DNA of 49,258 nt from the NCBI GenBank assembly GCA_000993205.1, contig LBVU01000001.1, forward strand, positions 74,155-123,412, read 5' to 3'. The DNA comes from Candidatus Woesebacteria bacterium GW2011_GWB1_39_10. GTDB taxonomy: Bacteria > Patescibacteriota > Microgenomatia > UBA8517. The notes under the pieces are model-generated. The model had not been told where the DNA came from. It did not search any database and saw nothing but the letters and a program-made list of their open reading frames with translations. Positions 9,980 through 18,529 of the stretch are shown piece after piece. Every line of letters begins with the position of its first letter. Within the stretch, counting starts at the first letter, position 1. A program made the translations under genes and the position numbers.

Positions 9980-10360
9980 TTATACTTCATCCCAAGCCTT
10001 CTTGAGCTCTTTTTCTGCATATTCTTTCGAGACCGGCCAAAGATACAAATAACCTGAATAAAATTTAGCTTTTTGGCCAAAATCAAAAGCTATTTTATTC
10101 TTCTTCAAGTATTTCATTGCTTCTTTTACCGCTAACAATTCTTCTTGAAAGCGAAACTTTGAATCGGATAAGTATTTATAACCAAACTTCAAAACACCCA
10201 TTTCTTTATGTTTGGGGTTGGGATTATCTGTTTGCAAGTTACGGTATATGGGATCAGGGACAAGAATAATCGGCCCCAAACTCTGTGCGGTTGATTTTCC
10301 AATCAATGGCAGATGATGTAACAGAGATCCTTTCGAAATGACATACCATGGAAGTTTCAT
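9980..10360 (-). CDS. hypothetical protein
   Basis: 126-aa ORF with no recognised motif. Confidence 0.5.
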   Translation of the reverse strand: MKLPWYVISKGSLLHHLPLIGKSTAQSLGPIILVPDPIYRNLQTDNPNPKHKEMGVLKFGYKYLSDSKFRFQEELLAVKEAMKYLKKNKIAFDFGQKAKFYSGYLYLWPVSKEYAEKELKKAWDEV

Positions 10361-10409
10361 TGGGAAATTATATCAAGATTTCGACGATAGTACGACCAGA
10401 GTATTCCGG

Positions 10410-10426
10410 TCTTCATAAAATCTTAA
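10410..10426 (+). promoter_or_regulatory. direct-repeat box TCTTCA-N5-TCTTAA (site 2)
   Basis: Same hexamers and spacing as site 1. The box ends 24 nt before the ATG at 10451. GAATAT lies 9 nt after the box. Confidence 0.6.
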
Positions 10427-10450
10427 CCATCTAAAGAATATTATTAAGTA

Positions 10451-10627
10451 ATGAAACGAAGTTTTAGCATTAAACGGATAATCATTTGTGTAGCACTGGT
10501 ACTCACTGTTTTTGTTGCGATATCCGTCTTTAAAGTAACTCCGTCGAATTTATTCTTCTGGGGTATTTTACTGTTATGTCCGCTCATGCATTTTTGGATG
10601 ATGAAAGATGACAAGCATAAACATTGA
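10451..10627 (+). CDS. DUF2933-like small membrane peptide with a Met/His-rich tail
   Basis: 58 codons, below the ORF-track cutoff: MKRSFSIKRIIICVALVLTVFVAISVFKVTPSNLFFWGILLLCPLMHFWMMKDDKHKH. The CPLMH motif and metal-operon context fit DUF2933. Confidence 0.6.
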   Translation: MKRSFSIKRIIICVALVLTVFVAISVFKVTPSNLFFWGILLLCPLMHFWMMKDDKHKH

Positions 10628-10655
10628 GTAGTAATATGAAAGGGGGGTGAGAAAT

Positions 10656-10877
10656 ATGAAATTATCAAAAATAATGCATGTCGCAAGTGTAATCGTTGGA
10701 TCGATTGCGGTTATTACATTTTCAGGAGCTGTATTTGGTAGCACTAATGGTATGGTTTTTGGAATTACAAAAAATGACGCATTGCTCTGTACCGGAATTC
10801 TTGTGCTTTTCGCAATCTGGGGACAGGTCGGAGCGATTCATCACATGATGCTTGAGAAGCGTGGCGAAGTTGTTTAA
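10656..10877 (+). CDS. small two-TM membrane protein with an HHMM motif
   Basis: The ATG at 10656 is preceded by the SD-like AGGGGGGTGA. The C-terminus GAIHHMMLEKRG is a possible Cu(I) ligand cluster. Confidence 0.55.
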   Translation: MKLSKIMHVASVIVGSIAVITFSGAVFGSTNGMVFGITKNDALLCTGILVLFAIWGQVGAIHHMMLEKRGEVV

Positions 10878-10885
10878 ACATACAA

Positions 10886-10902
10886 TCTTCACAAAATCTT
10901 AA
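10886..10902 (+). promoter_or_regulatory. direct-repeat box TCTTCA-N5-TCTTAA (site 3)
   Basis: Same box. It ends 24 nt before the ATG at 10927, which supports 10927 over the TTG at 10921 as the start. Confidence 0.6.
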
Positions 10903-10926
10903 TATTCAAAAGAATAGAATTTGCTC

Positions 10927-11424
10927 ATGTCGACCAAAACGATGATCCTTTTGGGTGTTGGTTTTTTTGCAATGCTTGTTGGGCTTGTATTTTTGGCAAC
11001 TTACGGCCAAAAGCCCGACCCAGCGACGCTATCTTACAAAAAAGAGGATGTAGACCGTCCTAAGACTGAGGTTTTAAGCTCCCTAATTGATATCGGCGAA
11101 ATGAAAGTGAATGAAATAAAAGAAGTTAGCTTTCAACTAAAAAATGTCGGTACAAAACCACTCCAAATTTTGAATATTAACTCAAGTTGTAATTGTACAT
11201 TTGGCCAAATAATTTATAAGAATTTAACCACAAAACAATATGGAATGCATAAGCAAAGTGGCTATGTTACAGATGTTTTTCCAGGCGACACCGCTAATGT
11301 TAAAGTAATATATAATCCCTCGATTATGCCTGTATATGGAAATGTAAGCAGGGATGTATACATATCCACTAACGATCCCGATAATCCAAAAATAACCTTT
11401 ACGATAAAAACATCGGTTAGGTAA
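10927..11424 (+). CDS. DUF1573 domain protein, membrane-anchored
   Basis: An N-terminal TM helix is followed by IDIGEMKVNEIKEVSFQLKNVGTKPLQILNINSSCNCT, typical of DUF1573. Confidence 0.7.
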   Translation: MSTKTMILLGVGFFAMLVGLVFLATYGQKPDPATLSYKKEDVDRPKTEVLSSLIDIGEMKVNEIKEVSFQLKNVGTKPLQILNINSSCNCTFGQIIYKNLTTKQYGMHKQSGYVTDVFPGDTANVKVIYNPSIMPVYGNVSRDVYISTNDPDNPKITFTIKTSVR

Positions 11425-11442
11425 CTGTAAAACCGTAGTTAA

Positions 11443-12294
11443 ATGAACATGGATACGAATTTTCTATTTGGAATTTCCTTAACCGCATCATTTTTGGCCG
11501 GAGTGTTGGCCCTTTTTGCTCCGTGTTGCATTACCTTCCTATTTCCCTCATATCTGGGAACAATATTCAAATCCTCCTCCGCTAAAGCTTCGGAAGGACG
11601 AGGAAAAACAATGTTCTATACCGTTATTTTTGCCATCGGGATCGCTTTTGTTCTTGTTCCAATAGCGTTGGGTTTAAGGTTTGCAATATTATTTTTGGAT
11701 TCGTATCATTTACAGATTTATTATTTTGGGGCCTTTGTGATGTTTTTGATGGGTATAATGACTTTAAAGCCAATCCTTCATTTGCCTCAAATGTTCCATG
11801 TATCAGGGATTCGGGGAAAGAGGGTCAATACAGCAAGCGTGTTTGGATTGGGGCTGATGTCCGGTTTAACATCTGCTTGTTGCGCGCCCGTGCTTTTCGC
11901 GGCCGTAACCTTAACCTCATTGTCGCCCAGTTTGTTTCAAGCATTTATTGTTTCACTAGCCTATGTAATAGGAATCGTTTTGCCACTTTTTATTATGTCT
12001 ATGTTTTATGAAAAGGCGGTTAGTAAAATAGGTGGGAGTAATAGACAAAAAATATATAATGTTTTAAGATATGCGGGATCTGCCATCTTCTTTATTACTT
12101 CCATTGTTATAGCAATACTTAATTTTCAGGGAAAACTTCAAATGGATGAAAGCCGTGGCTACGGTCAAAAAATTAGAATGATTGTTTTTGAAGTAAGTAA
12201 ATATTTTCAAAACCCGCTAGTTGATTTATTAGTCTTTGGGCTTATCGTTTTCATCTTTTACAAATTATTAAAATATAAAAATGACAAAAACTAA
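11443..12294 (+). CDS. CcdA/DsbD-family thiol-disulfide transmembrane electron transporter
   Basis: Polytopic, with Cys pairs in TM helices (LFAPCCITF and TSACCAPVL). Confidence 0.6.
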   Translation: MNMDTNFLFGISLTASFLAGVLALFAPCCITFLFPSYLGTIFKSSSAKASEGRGKTMFYTVIFAIGIAFVLVPIALGLRFAILFLDSYHLQIYYFGAFVMFLMGIMTLKPILHLPQMFHVSGIRGKRVNTASVFGLGLMSGLTSACCAPVLFAAVTLTSLSPSLFQAFIVSLAYVIGIVLPLFIMSMFYEKAVSKIGGSNRQKIYNVLRYAGSAIFFITSIVIAILNFQGKLQMDESRGYGQKIRMIVFEVSKYFQNPLVDLLVFGLIVFIFYKLLKYKNDKN

Positions 12295-13207
12295 TATTCT
12301 AATCATATCCGTAGTGGTAATAAGTCTTTTAACCAATATCGCTCTCGCGGTAAAGTTGAATTTATTTGGAGATATAAATTTGTTTAAAAAAGATACACCA
12401 ACTATTTTGACTACAAAAGGAAGTAATAGTGAGATTTTCGACGAAATTAACCCCACTCAAGGATTTCAAATCAATGCTAGTTTTAACGACCTGGGTCCAA
12501 AAATGATCAAATCCGGAGTAATCGACCTGGAAAAATTTAAGGGTGTATATGCAAAATCTAACCAACCATTGACCCCGGAGCAGGAAAAAATACTAACAAT
12601 AGGATCAGGCGAAAAAATCAAAATTGACCGGGATAACTCATATTTCTTACTTAATTTTTTCTGGGCAGTTGGGCTTAATAATAAATCTAAAATTTTAGAT
12701 GAGGGAGACATGATGAAATATGGCGGAATAAAAGGAGCGGGTGACTTTGCCTCGACCGGAGGTTGGTCGCTCGCTAAGGGCTCCACGATGAACTATTATT
12801 CCAGGTCTGTCCTTATTCCATTAACTTCTGAGCAGGAACAGTTGGTAGAAAAAGTGTCGTCAAATATTTTTAGACCTTGTTGCAACAATTCAACTGCATT
12901 CCCAGATTGCAACCACGGAATGGCGCTTTTGGGAGTATTGCAATTTATGGCGGGAAACGGAGCGAGTGAGCGCGAAATGTACGAAGCAGGTAAATACTTT
13001 AATGCTTTTTGGTTCCCGGGGAACTACTTTGATTTAGCGCTTTATTTTAAAAACAAAGAAGGAAAGAATTTTTCGGACATTGACGCCAAGTTGTTGCTAA
13101 GCAAGGATTATTCTTCTGCGACAGGAGCGAAAAACATTAAACTGTGGTTGTCTGAACAAGGCTTAGTTGAGGAACCGCCAAAAACTGGCGGTGGGTGTGG
13201 GGTATAA
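12281..13207 (+). CDS. exported Cys-rich protein of unknown function (FRPCCNNSTAFPDCNHG motif, C-terminal GGGCGV)
   Basis: 308 aa with an N-terminal signal anchor. It overlaps the CcdA gene by 14 nt, suggesting translational coupling. Confidence 0.6.
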   Translation: MTKTNILIISVVVISLLTNIALAVKLNLFGDINLFKKDTPTILTTKGSNSEIFDEINPTQGFQINASFNDLGPKMIKSGVIDLEKFKGVYAKSNQPLTPEQEKILTIGSGEKIKIDRDNSYFLLNFFWAVGLNNKSKILDEGDMMKYGGIKGAGDFASTGGWSLAKGSTMNYYSRSVLIPLTSEQEQLVEKVSSNIFRPCCNNSTAFPDCNHGMALLGVLQFMAGNGASEREMYEAGKYFNAFWFPGNYFDLALYFKNKEGKNFSDIDAKLLLSKDYSSATGAKNIKLWLSEQGLVEEPPKTGGGCGV

Positions 13208-13214
13208 TAACTCC

Positions 13215-13877
13215 ATGAGGATACTTGTTATTGAGGACGAAAGAAGACTGAGTAATATTATTAAGAAGGGGTTTACCGAGGACGGTTTTGCGGTGGACAC
13301 GGCTTTTGATGGCGAGGAGGGTCAATATTTGGCGGAAAGTGAAGAATATGACCTAATCGTTCTTGATTTGATGCTCCCAAAAATTGACGGAATAGAGTTA
13401 TGCAAGGCTCTGAGAAAAAAGGGGATTAAAACTCCAATTCTGATGTTAACCGCGAGATCTACCATCGAAGACAAGGTTAAAGGCTTGGATAGCGGCGCAG
13501 ACGACTACATCACCAAACCATTTTCATTCATCGAATTTAGATCGCGAGTACACGCTCTTATTAGGAGAAGCCATCAAGAAGGTTCCCCTGTTCTTCAAAT
13601 TGACGGACTTACACTCGATCCTTTAAAACACAAGGTTGTTCGGGATGGTAAAGATATCAGTCTTACCCCTAAAGAATTTTCTATTTTAGAACTTCTAATG
13701 AGACACAAAGGAGAGGTTGTAACAAGGACAATGATAATTGAACATGTTTGGGATTATGATTTTAATGGGATGAGCAATATTGTGGACGTTTTTGTTGTGA
13801 CACTTAGAAAAAAAATAGATGGAGATTTCAAAAATAAATTAATAAAAACCGTTCATGGTGTTGGCTATATTATATGA
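13215..13877 (+). CDS. OmpR/PhoB-family response regulator (CopR/CusR-like by context)
   Basis: MRILVIEDE, DLIVLDLMLPKIDG and LTAR, plus a winged-helix C-terminus (LTPKEFSILELL...VHGVGY). The start is an internal ATG of track ORF 13167-13877. Confidence 0.9.
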   Translation: MRILVIEDERRLSNIIKKGFTEDGFAVDTAFDGEEGQYLAESEEYDLIVLDLMLPKIDGIELCKALRKKGIKTPILMLTARSTIEDKVKGLDSGADDYITKPFSFIEFRSRVHALIRRSHQEGSPVLQIDGLTLDPLKHKVVRDGKDISLTPKEFSILELLMRHKGEVVTRTMIIEHVWDYDFNGMSNIVDVFVVTLRKKIDGDFKNKLIKTVHGVGYII

Positions 13878-15208
13878 ATAATATGAATACAAAAAGCATA
13901 AATTTCAAAATAATTCTTTGGTTTAGTTCTATTTTGTTTATAGCAACCGGGGTCATTTTCTCAATTTTTTTTCTGGTAACTTCAGGCATTCTCTATCAGG
14001 AGGTTGATCGAGAGCTTCTGGTCCATTCCAGCAACCCTACGCAATTTAATAATATCCCGGGAATGGTTATTACCATACTTGACCAGAATGGAGGTATAAA
14101 ACAAAGTTCCATTAGTTACGATACTCCGTTTGTTTCGTATAAATATTTATTTGAAAGCGCAAAAAAAAGCACATCTGAAAAATTTATCAATCAAAACATA
14201 GGAACCACACCCATGAGATTTTTGGTAAAACCAATAATAAACGATGGTAAGTTGACAGAAGTTTTATTAATCGCGCATCCAATTCATGCAATACAAAATT
14301 CAATAAATTTACTTCTGTCAACTCTCGGGATTATTTTTATGGTTCTTATACTTCCTACTATTTTAGGGGCAATGTTTTTGGCTCGAAGGATAATAAAACC
14401 AATTTCAGAGACGGCCGACAAAATGGATAATATTACTTCTGAAAATTTAAATGAAAGGTTGACGAACCCGGGTTCCAAAGACGAAATCGAAAAATTAACA
14501 GTTACTTTTAATAATTTGCTTGACAGAATTCAACAGTCTTTTATCCGTGAAAAACATTTTATTGGGGACATAGCACACGAATTAAAAACTCCTCTTGCGA
14601 CACTAAAGGGTGGCATTGAATTGACATTATCAAAAGACAGACAAAAAACCGAGTATCAGAAAACTCTGACTGAGTCGTTGGTCGACATTAACAGGATGTC
14701 AGCATTACTTCATAATATTTTAGATTTAGCATGGATAGAGGCCGACAAAGGTACCGTCAACAATAAAAGGTTCAACTTGTCCGAGACGATGAAAGAATTA
14801 AGGGAAATTGCAGTTAAACTTGGATCTCAAAAACAAATTAAAATCAAATCAAACATTCAACCGGATATTTCAGTTTTTGGCGACGAAGGAAAAATTACAA
14901 GAGCGATATTAAATGTTCTAGATAACGCAATAAAATATACGCCAAGAAATGAACTTGTTTATATCTCATTGCATAAGTCTATGAATCACGCTGTCGTTGA
15001 GATTAAGGATAGTGGCGTCGGAATTCCTAAAAGTGATTTAGCACACATTTTTGAGCGTTTTTACAGGGGATCTAAAACGGCAAAAACATTGGGATCTGGG
15101 TTGGGGTTGGCAATATCCCAGGGGATAATTAAAGCCCACCATGGCGATATTACAATTGACAGCCTGGTCAGTAAAGGAACGACTGTAAAAATTACTTTGC
15201 CAATTTGA
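13874..15208 (+). CDS. sensor histidine kinase (two TM helices, HAMP, HisKA, HATPase)
   Basis: H-box DIAHELKTPLA, N-box LDNAIKYTP, G1 DSGVGIP and G2 GSGLGLAI. There is an ATGA overlap with the response-regulator stop. Confidence 0.9.
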   Translation: MNNMNTKSINFKIILWFSSILFIATGVIFSIFFLVTSGILYQEVDRELLVHSSNPTQFNNIPGMVITILDQNGGIKQSSISYDTPFVSYKYLFESAKKSTSEKFINQNIGTTPMRFLVKPIINDGKLTEVLLIAHPIHAIQNSINLLLSTLGIIFMVLILPTILGAMFLARRIIKPISETADKMDNITSENLNERLTNPGSKDEIEKLTVTFNNLLDRIQQSFIREKHFIGDIAHELKTPLATLKGGIELTLSKDRQKTEYQKTLTESLVDINRMSALLHNILDLAWIEADKGTVNNKRFNLSETMKELREIAVKLGSQKQIKIKSNIQPDISVFGDEGKITRAILNVLDNAIKYTPRNELVYISLHKSMNHAVVEIKDSGVGIPKSDLAHIFERFYRGSKTAKTLGSGLGLAISQGIIKAHHGDITIDSLVSKGTTVKITLPI

Positions 15209-15235
15209 TTTAATATAACGATATAATTATTCAGG

Positions 15236-15595
15236 ATGACACTAGACCAAATATTGATAATGATTAGTGGACTGGGATTGATGGGACTAATTTATTGGTT
15301 CTTCTTTGGAAAGAATGATGAGATTGTTGCCGTCGAAGACAGTGTCGACATCCTTGTTGATGGGGGATATAAACCGGAAAATATAAAAATAGCGAAGGGA
15401 AAAACTACAAGGCTTGTTTTCAAAAGAACAGACCCTAACAACTGTCTTGAGGAGATTTATATACCGGACTTCAAAATAAAAAAATATCTCCCACTAAATC
15501 AAAAAGTAGAAATCGATCTTGCACCGGGGAAGGCCGGGGTTTACCAGACACACTGTGGTATGGGAATGTTTCATGGAAAAATTATAGTTAATTAG
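15236..15595 (+). CDS. membrane-anchored cupredoxin-like domain protein
   Basis: An N-terminal TM helix is followed by a beta domain ending in THCGMGMFHGKIIVN. This is the same C-x-M-G-M signature as the fusion proteins. Confidence 0.75.
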   Translation: MTLDQILIMISGLGLMGLIYWFFFGKNDEIVAVEDSVDILVDGGYKPENIKIAKGKTTRLVFKRTDPNNCLEEIYIPDFKIKKYLPLNQKVEIDLAPGKAGVYQTHCGMGMFHGKIIVN

Positions 15596-15648
15596 TTAAT
15601 CGTTATTAGTTCATCGTTCATCGTCCGTGGTTCATCGTTCATCGATTA
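15593..15648. repeat. heptamer tandem array (8 units, consensus TCGTTCA)
   Basis: tagttaa tcgttat tagttca tcgttca tcgtccg tggttca tcgttca tcgatta, ending at the ATG at 15648. Confidence 0.75.
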
Positions 15649-15863
15649 TGATAAATCAATCAAAATTTAAATTTGAAGAACTACATGTTTACCAAGAAGC
15701 CCTGGATTTTGTCGATTTTGTGTATGATTTAACCAAAGGTTGGCCAAAGGACGAAATTTTCGGTTTGACAAATCAGGCCAGAAGAGCGGTTGTGTTAATT
15801 GTTTTGAATATCGCTGAGAGTACAAGTAGAACCACGAAAGATTTTAGACACTTTAATGATTAG
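15648..15863 (+). pseudogene. four-helix-bundle protein (23S rRNA intervening-sequence protein family), C-terminally truncated
   Basis: FKFEELHVYQEALDFV...[30 protein letters not shown] matches the N-terminal two-thirds of the family, which is usually about 115-125 aa. The frame stops where copA2 begins, with an 8-nt overlap. Confidence 0.6.
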
Positions 15864-17961
15864 TACTCTTAAAATTTCTTTTCCGATTGTGGGTATGCAT
15901 TGTGCTTCCTGCGCAAAACTCATCGAAAGAGGAATTTCCAGAATTCCGGGCGTTAATTCTGCGATGGTAAATTACGCTAGCGAAATAGCGACAGTAGATG
16001 TTGAAGATGGCGTTGACGATCAAGATTTGGCTCAAGCGGTTTACGACGTCGGTTATAAAGCAGTGTTTGCTGATACTGATAGGTCAGAAGGTAAATCTGC
16101 CGAGGAGCAAAAAGATGAGATAAAAAAAGAGGAACTTAAAAAATTAAAGACGAAGGTTGTTGTATCGGGGACATTGTCGGCCATCGTAATGGTGGGGAGC
16201 TTTGTAATGTTCCCTAACTGGGTTCTTCTTGTCCTTGCCATTCCTGTTCAATTCTGGGCAGGCAAGGAATTCTATCTGGCCACCTGGTCGGGCTTAAAAA
16301 ACCGGGCTGCAAGTATGGATACGTTGATTGCAATCGGCACAACCGCTGCGTTTGGTTACTCTATATATTCTGTTATTTTCGGGGGACCTACTTATTTTGA
16401 TACTTCAACCGTGATAATAACACTTATTTTATTGGGTAGACTTTTGGAAGCAAAAGCCAAGTCGCACACAAGCGACGCCATTAAAAAACTTTTAGGTTTG
16501 GCTGCGAAATCTGCTAGGGTTATCAGAAGCGGGCGTGAAATTGATATACCGATAGAGGATGTGATTTTGGGAGACAAAATCAGAGTACGGCCAGGAGAAA
16601 AAATTCCAGTGGACGGAATCATTCTGGAAGGTGAAAGTGCAATCGATGAATCGATGGTTACCGGAGAAAGCGTTCCTGTGGATAAAACCGTAGGGGCAAA
16701 TGTTATTGGAGCAACTATAAACAAATCGGGAACATTCATCTTTAAAGCTTCAAAAGTGGGCAAAGATACTATGCTTTCCCAAATAGTAAAAATGGTGGGA
16801 GAAGCACAAGGGTCGAGGGCCCCAATCCAAAGGCTTGCAGATGCGGTCTCTTCATACTTTGTTCCAATAGTATTAATGCTTGCCGTGGCAACCTTTGTCG
16901 TCTGGTACAGCCTAGGATTTCCCGTTAACGCATTTACCGGAATGGTGACGGTGTTAATCATTGCTTGCCCTTGCGCAATGGGTTTGGCCACCCCTACGGC
17001 TATTATGGTAGGTACGGGAAAGGGGGCCAATAAAGGTATTTTAATCAAAGATGCCGGCAGTCTTGAAACACTTAATAACGTTCGCTCGATAATCTTTGAC
17101 AAGACGGGGACTCTGACAAAAGGACAGATGTTTTTAAGAGAGTACAAAGTACAGAGTACAAAGTACACAGAGGGCGAAGTTCTTGTGATTGCCGCAAGTT
17201 TGGAACAAAATTCTGAGCACCCGATTGCAAAGGCGATAGTAGAAAAAGCGAAGAGTGAAAAACTAAAAGTGAAGAAGGTGGAACACTTTAAAACTTTGGA
17301 AGGGATGGGGGTTGAGGGGACAATTGAAGGTAAAAAATATTTTTTGGGAAGATCGAAATCGGGATCGATATCTCTTACGAGTGGAGGGAAAACATTGGCG
17401 ACCTTTGAAGTTGGTGACGAAATGAAAGACGGGGTCCGCGAAGTGACAAAAGGTTTGGATGAAAAAGGCATTAATGTTTGGATGATAACTGGGGATAAAA
17501 AGAGTGTTGCGCAAGATATAGCAAGTAAGGCTGATATTGAAAACATAATGAGTGAAGTAATGCCTCATGATAAAGCGGACAAGGTGAGAGAACTTAAAGT
17601 AGGGAGTAAGGGTCAAGTGGTAAGCGTTGCATTCGTCGGAGACGGTGTAAACGACGCGCCGGCATTGGCCGCAGCTGACGTCGGAATTGCCATGGGAACG
17701 GGAACCGATGTGGCAATTGAATCGGCAGGGGTGACCCTTTTAAATAAAGATATAAGAAGTGTTTTGACTGCCTTTAATTTGAGTCGTGCAACTCTTGGTG
17801 TGATCAAACAAAATCTGTTTTGGGCATTTGGCTATAACATTATTCTTATTCCTGTTGCTGCAGTGGGGCTTCTAAATCCAATGATTGCGGCCGGAGCGAT
17901 GGCGGCTTCTTCAATATCTGTAGTGCTGAATTCCTTGAGATTAAACAAGATTAAAATTTAA
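15856..17961 (+). CDS. copA: copper-translocating P1B-type ATPase with one HMA domain
   Basis: [33 protein letters not shown] and [10 protein letters not shown]. Confidence 0.95.
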   Translation: MISTLKISFPIVGMHCASCAKLIERGISRIPGVNSAMVNYASEIATVDVEDGVDDQDLAQAVYDVGYKAVFADTDRSEGKSAEEQKDEIKKEELKKLKTKVVVSGTLSAIVMVGSFVMFPNWVLLVLAIPVQFWAGKEFYLATWSGLKNRAASMDTLIAIGTTAAFGYSIYSVIFGGPTYFDTSTVIITLILLGRLLEAKAKSHTSDAIKKLLGLAAKSARVIRSGREIDIPIEDVILGDKIRVRPGEKIPVDGIILEGESAIDESMVTGESVPVDKTVGANVIGATINKSGTFIFKASKVGKDTMLSQIVKMVGEAQGSRAPIQRLADAVSSYFVPIVLMLAVATFVVWYSLGFPVNAFTGMVTVLIIACPCAMGLATPTAIMVGTGKGANKGILIKDAGSLETLNNVRSIIFDKTGTLTKGQMFLREYKVQSTKYTEGEVLVIAASLEQNSEHPIAKAIVEKAKSEKLKVKKVEHFKTLEGMGVEGTIEGKKYFLGRSKSGSISLTSGGKTLATFEVGDEMKDGVREVTKGLDEKGINVWMITGDKKSVAQDIASKADIENIMSEVMPHDKADKVRELKVGSKGQVVSVAFVGDGVNDAPALAAADVGIAMGTGTDVAIESAGVTLLNKDIRSVLTAFNLSRATLGVIKQNLFWAFGYNIILIPVAAVGLLNPMIAAGAMAASSISVVLNSLRLNKIKI
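17141..17168 (+). repeat. AGTACAN x4 heptamer array, in frame within copA2
   Basis: agtacaa agtacag agtacaa agtacac, followed by agaggg. It encodes [10 protein letters not shown] just after DKTGT. Confidence 0.75.
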
Positions 17962-17975
17962 CAATTTACTTTTTC

Positions 17976-18001
17976 ACTATGTTGATATGTATCAATATAG
18001 T
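17976..18001. promoter_or_regulatory. 26-bp palindrome ACTATGTTGATA-TG-TATCAATATAGT (copy 1, one mismatch)
   Basis: It lies in the convergent gap between the copA2 stop (17961) and the stop of the regulator gene (18007). It is nearly identical to copy 2 at 18460-18485. Confidence 0.6.
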
Positions 18002-18006
18002 GAGAG

Positions 18007-18453
18007 TTAAATTTCTTTTTTAAGTCGATTTATTTTTTGAGATCTTTCCCGAACTTTATAATGATAATCACTTATTGGCAAACCCTTGGTCGGGACATCA
18101 AACACACTTGCGAGTTCTTGTAAAAGTGCTTTATTGTCGTCCGAAATAGCAATTTTGTCTGCGATTTTCTTAACAGACCCGTTTCCATATTTCATTCGTA
18201 AATTCATCTTGGATATTGTTACAGGCGTTACTCTTAATATCTGCCGGATTTCTTGGTAATCGTTTCCTTTTGAAAGTAAAACTGCGATAGCTAGTCTCTT
18301 TGCCATTACTGTTTTTTCAGTAGGGGAGAAAAAGTCATCCAAAAAATTATTCATCTCACCTTTATCCTTAATTTTTGCCAGTGAATCACTTAATAATTCG
18401 TATATTCTTTGTTCGACCTCTACTCTTAATTTATATTTTGACACCTGCGTCAC
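18007..18453 (-). CDS. TrpR/YerC-YecD-like DNA-binding protein
   Basis: FFSPTEKTVMAKRLAIAVLLSKGNDYQEIRQILRVTPVTISKMN is a TrpR-like helix-turn-helix. The track start at 18537 is a TTG and would translate the palindrome. The start is more likely the GTG at 18453 or 18444. Confidence 0.65.
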   Translation of the reverse strand: MTQVSKYKLRVEVEQRIYELLSDSLAKIKDKGEMNNFLDDFFSPTEKTVMAKRLAIAVLLSKGNDYQEIRQILRVTPVTISKMNLRMKYGNGSVKKIADKIAISDDNKALLQELASVFDVPTKGLPISDYHYKVRERSQKINRLKKEI

Positions 18454-18459
18454 AATATA

Positions 18460-18485
18460 ACTATATTGATATGTATCAATATAGT
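18460..18485. promoter_or_regulatory. perfect 26-bp palindrome ACTATATTGATA-TG-TATCAATATAGT (copy 2), candidate operator
   Basis: The 12-nt arms are perfect reverse complements. It lies immediately upstream of the likely regulator start. TTGATA inside it could serve as a -35 element. Confidence 0.6.
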
Positions 18486-18529
18486 CAAGAGATGTATGAT
18501 AGAGAAAAGTGTGTTCCAAGGCAGATGTT

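Noticed and set aside
10444-10686. 80-aa minus-strand ORF
   Set aside because: It overlaps the plus-strand DUF2933-like peptide gene (10451-10627). That gene has the boxed promoter at the fixed 24-nt distance and a recognisable CPLMH Met/His tail. The minus-strand product has no features.
16392-17546. Long antisense ORFs inside the P-type ATPase genes (384 aa at 16392-17546; also 8527-9000, 8011-8307, 7741-7956, 33019-33321, 33988-34224)
   Set aside because: They lie fully inside, and antisense to, genes with unambiguous P-type ATPase motifs. Their translations are low-complexity and hydrophobic with no motifs, so they are typical shadow ORFs.
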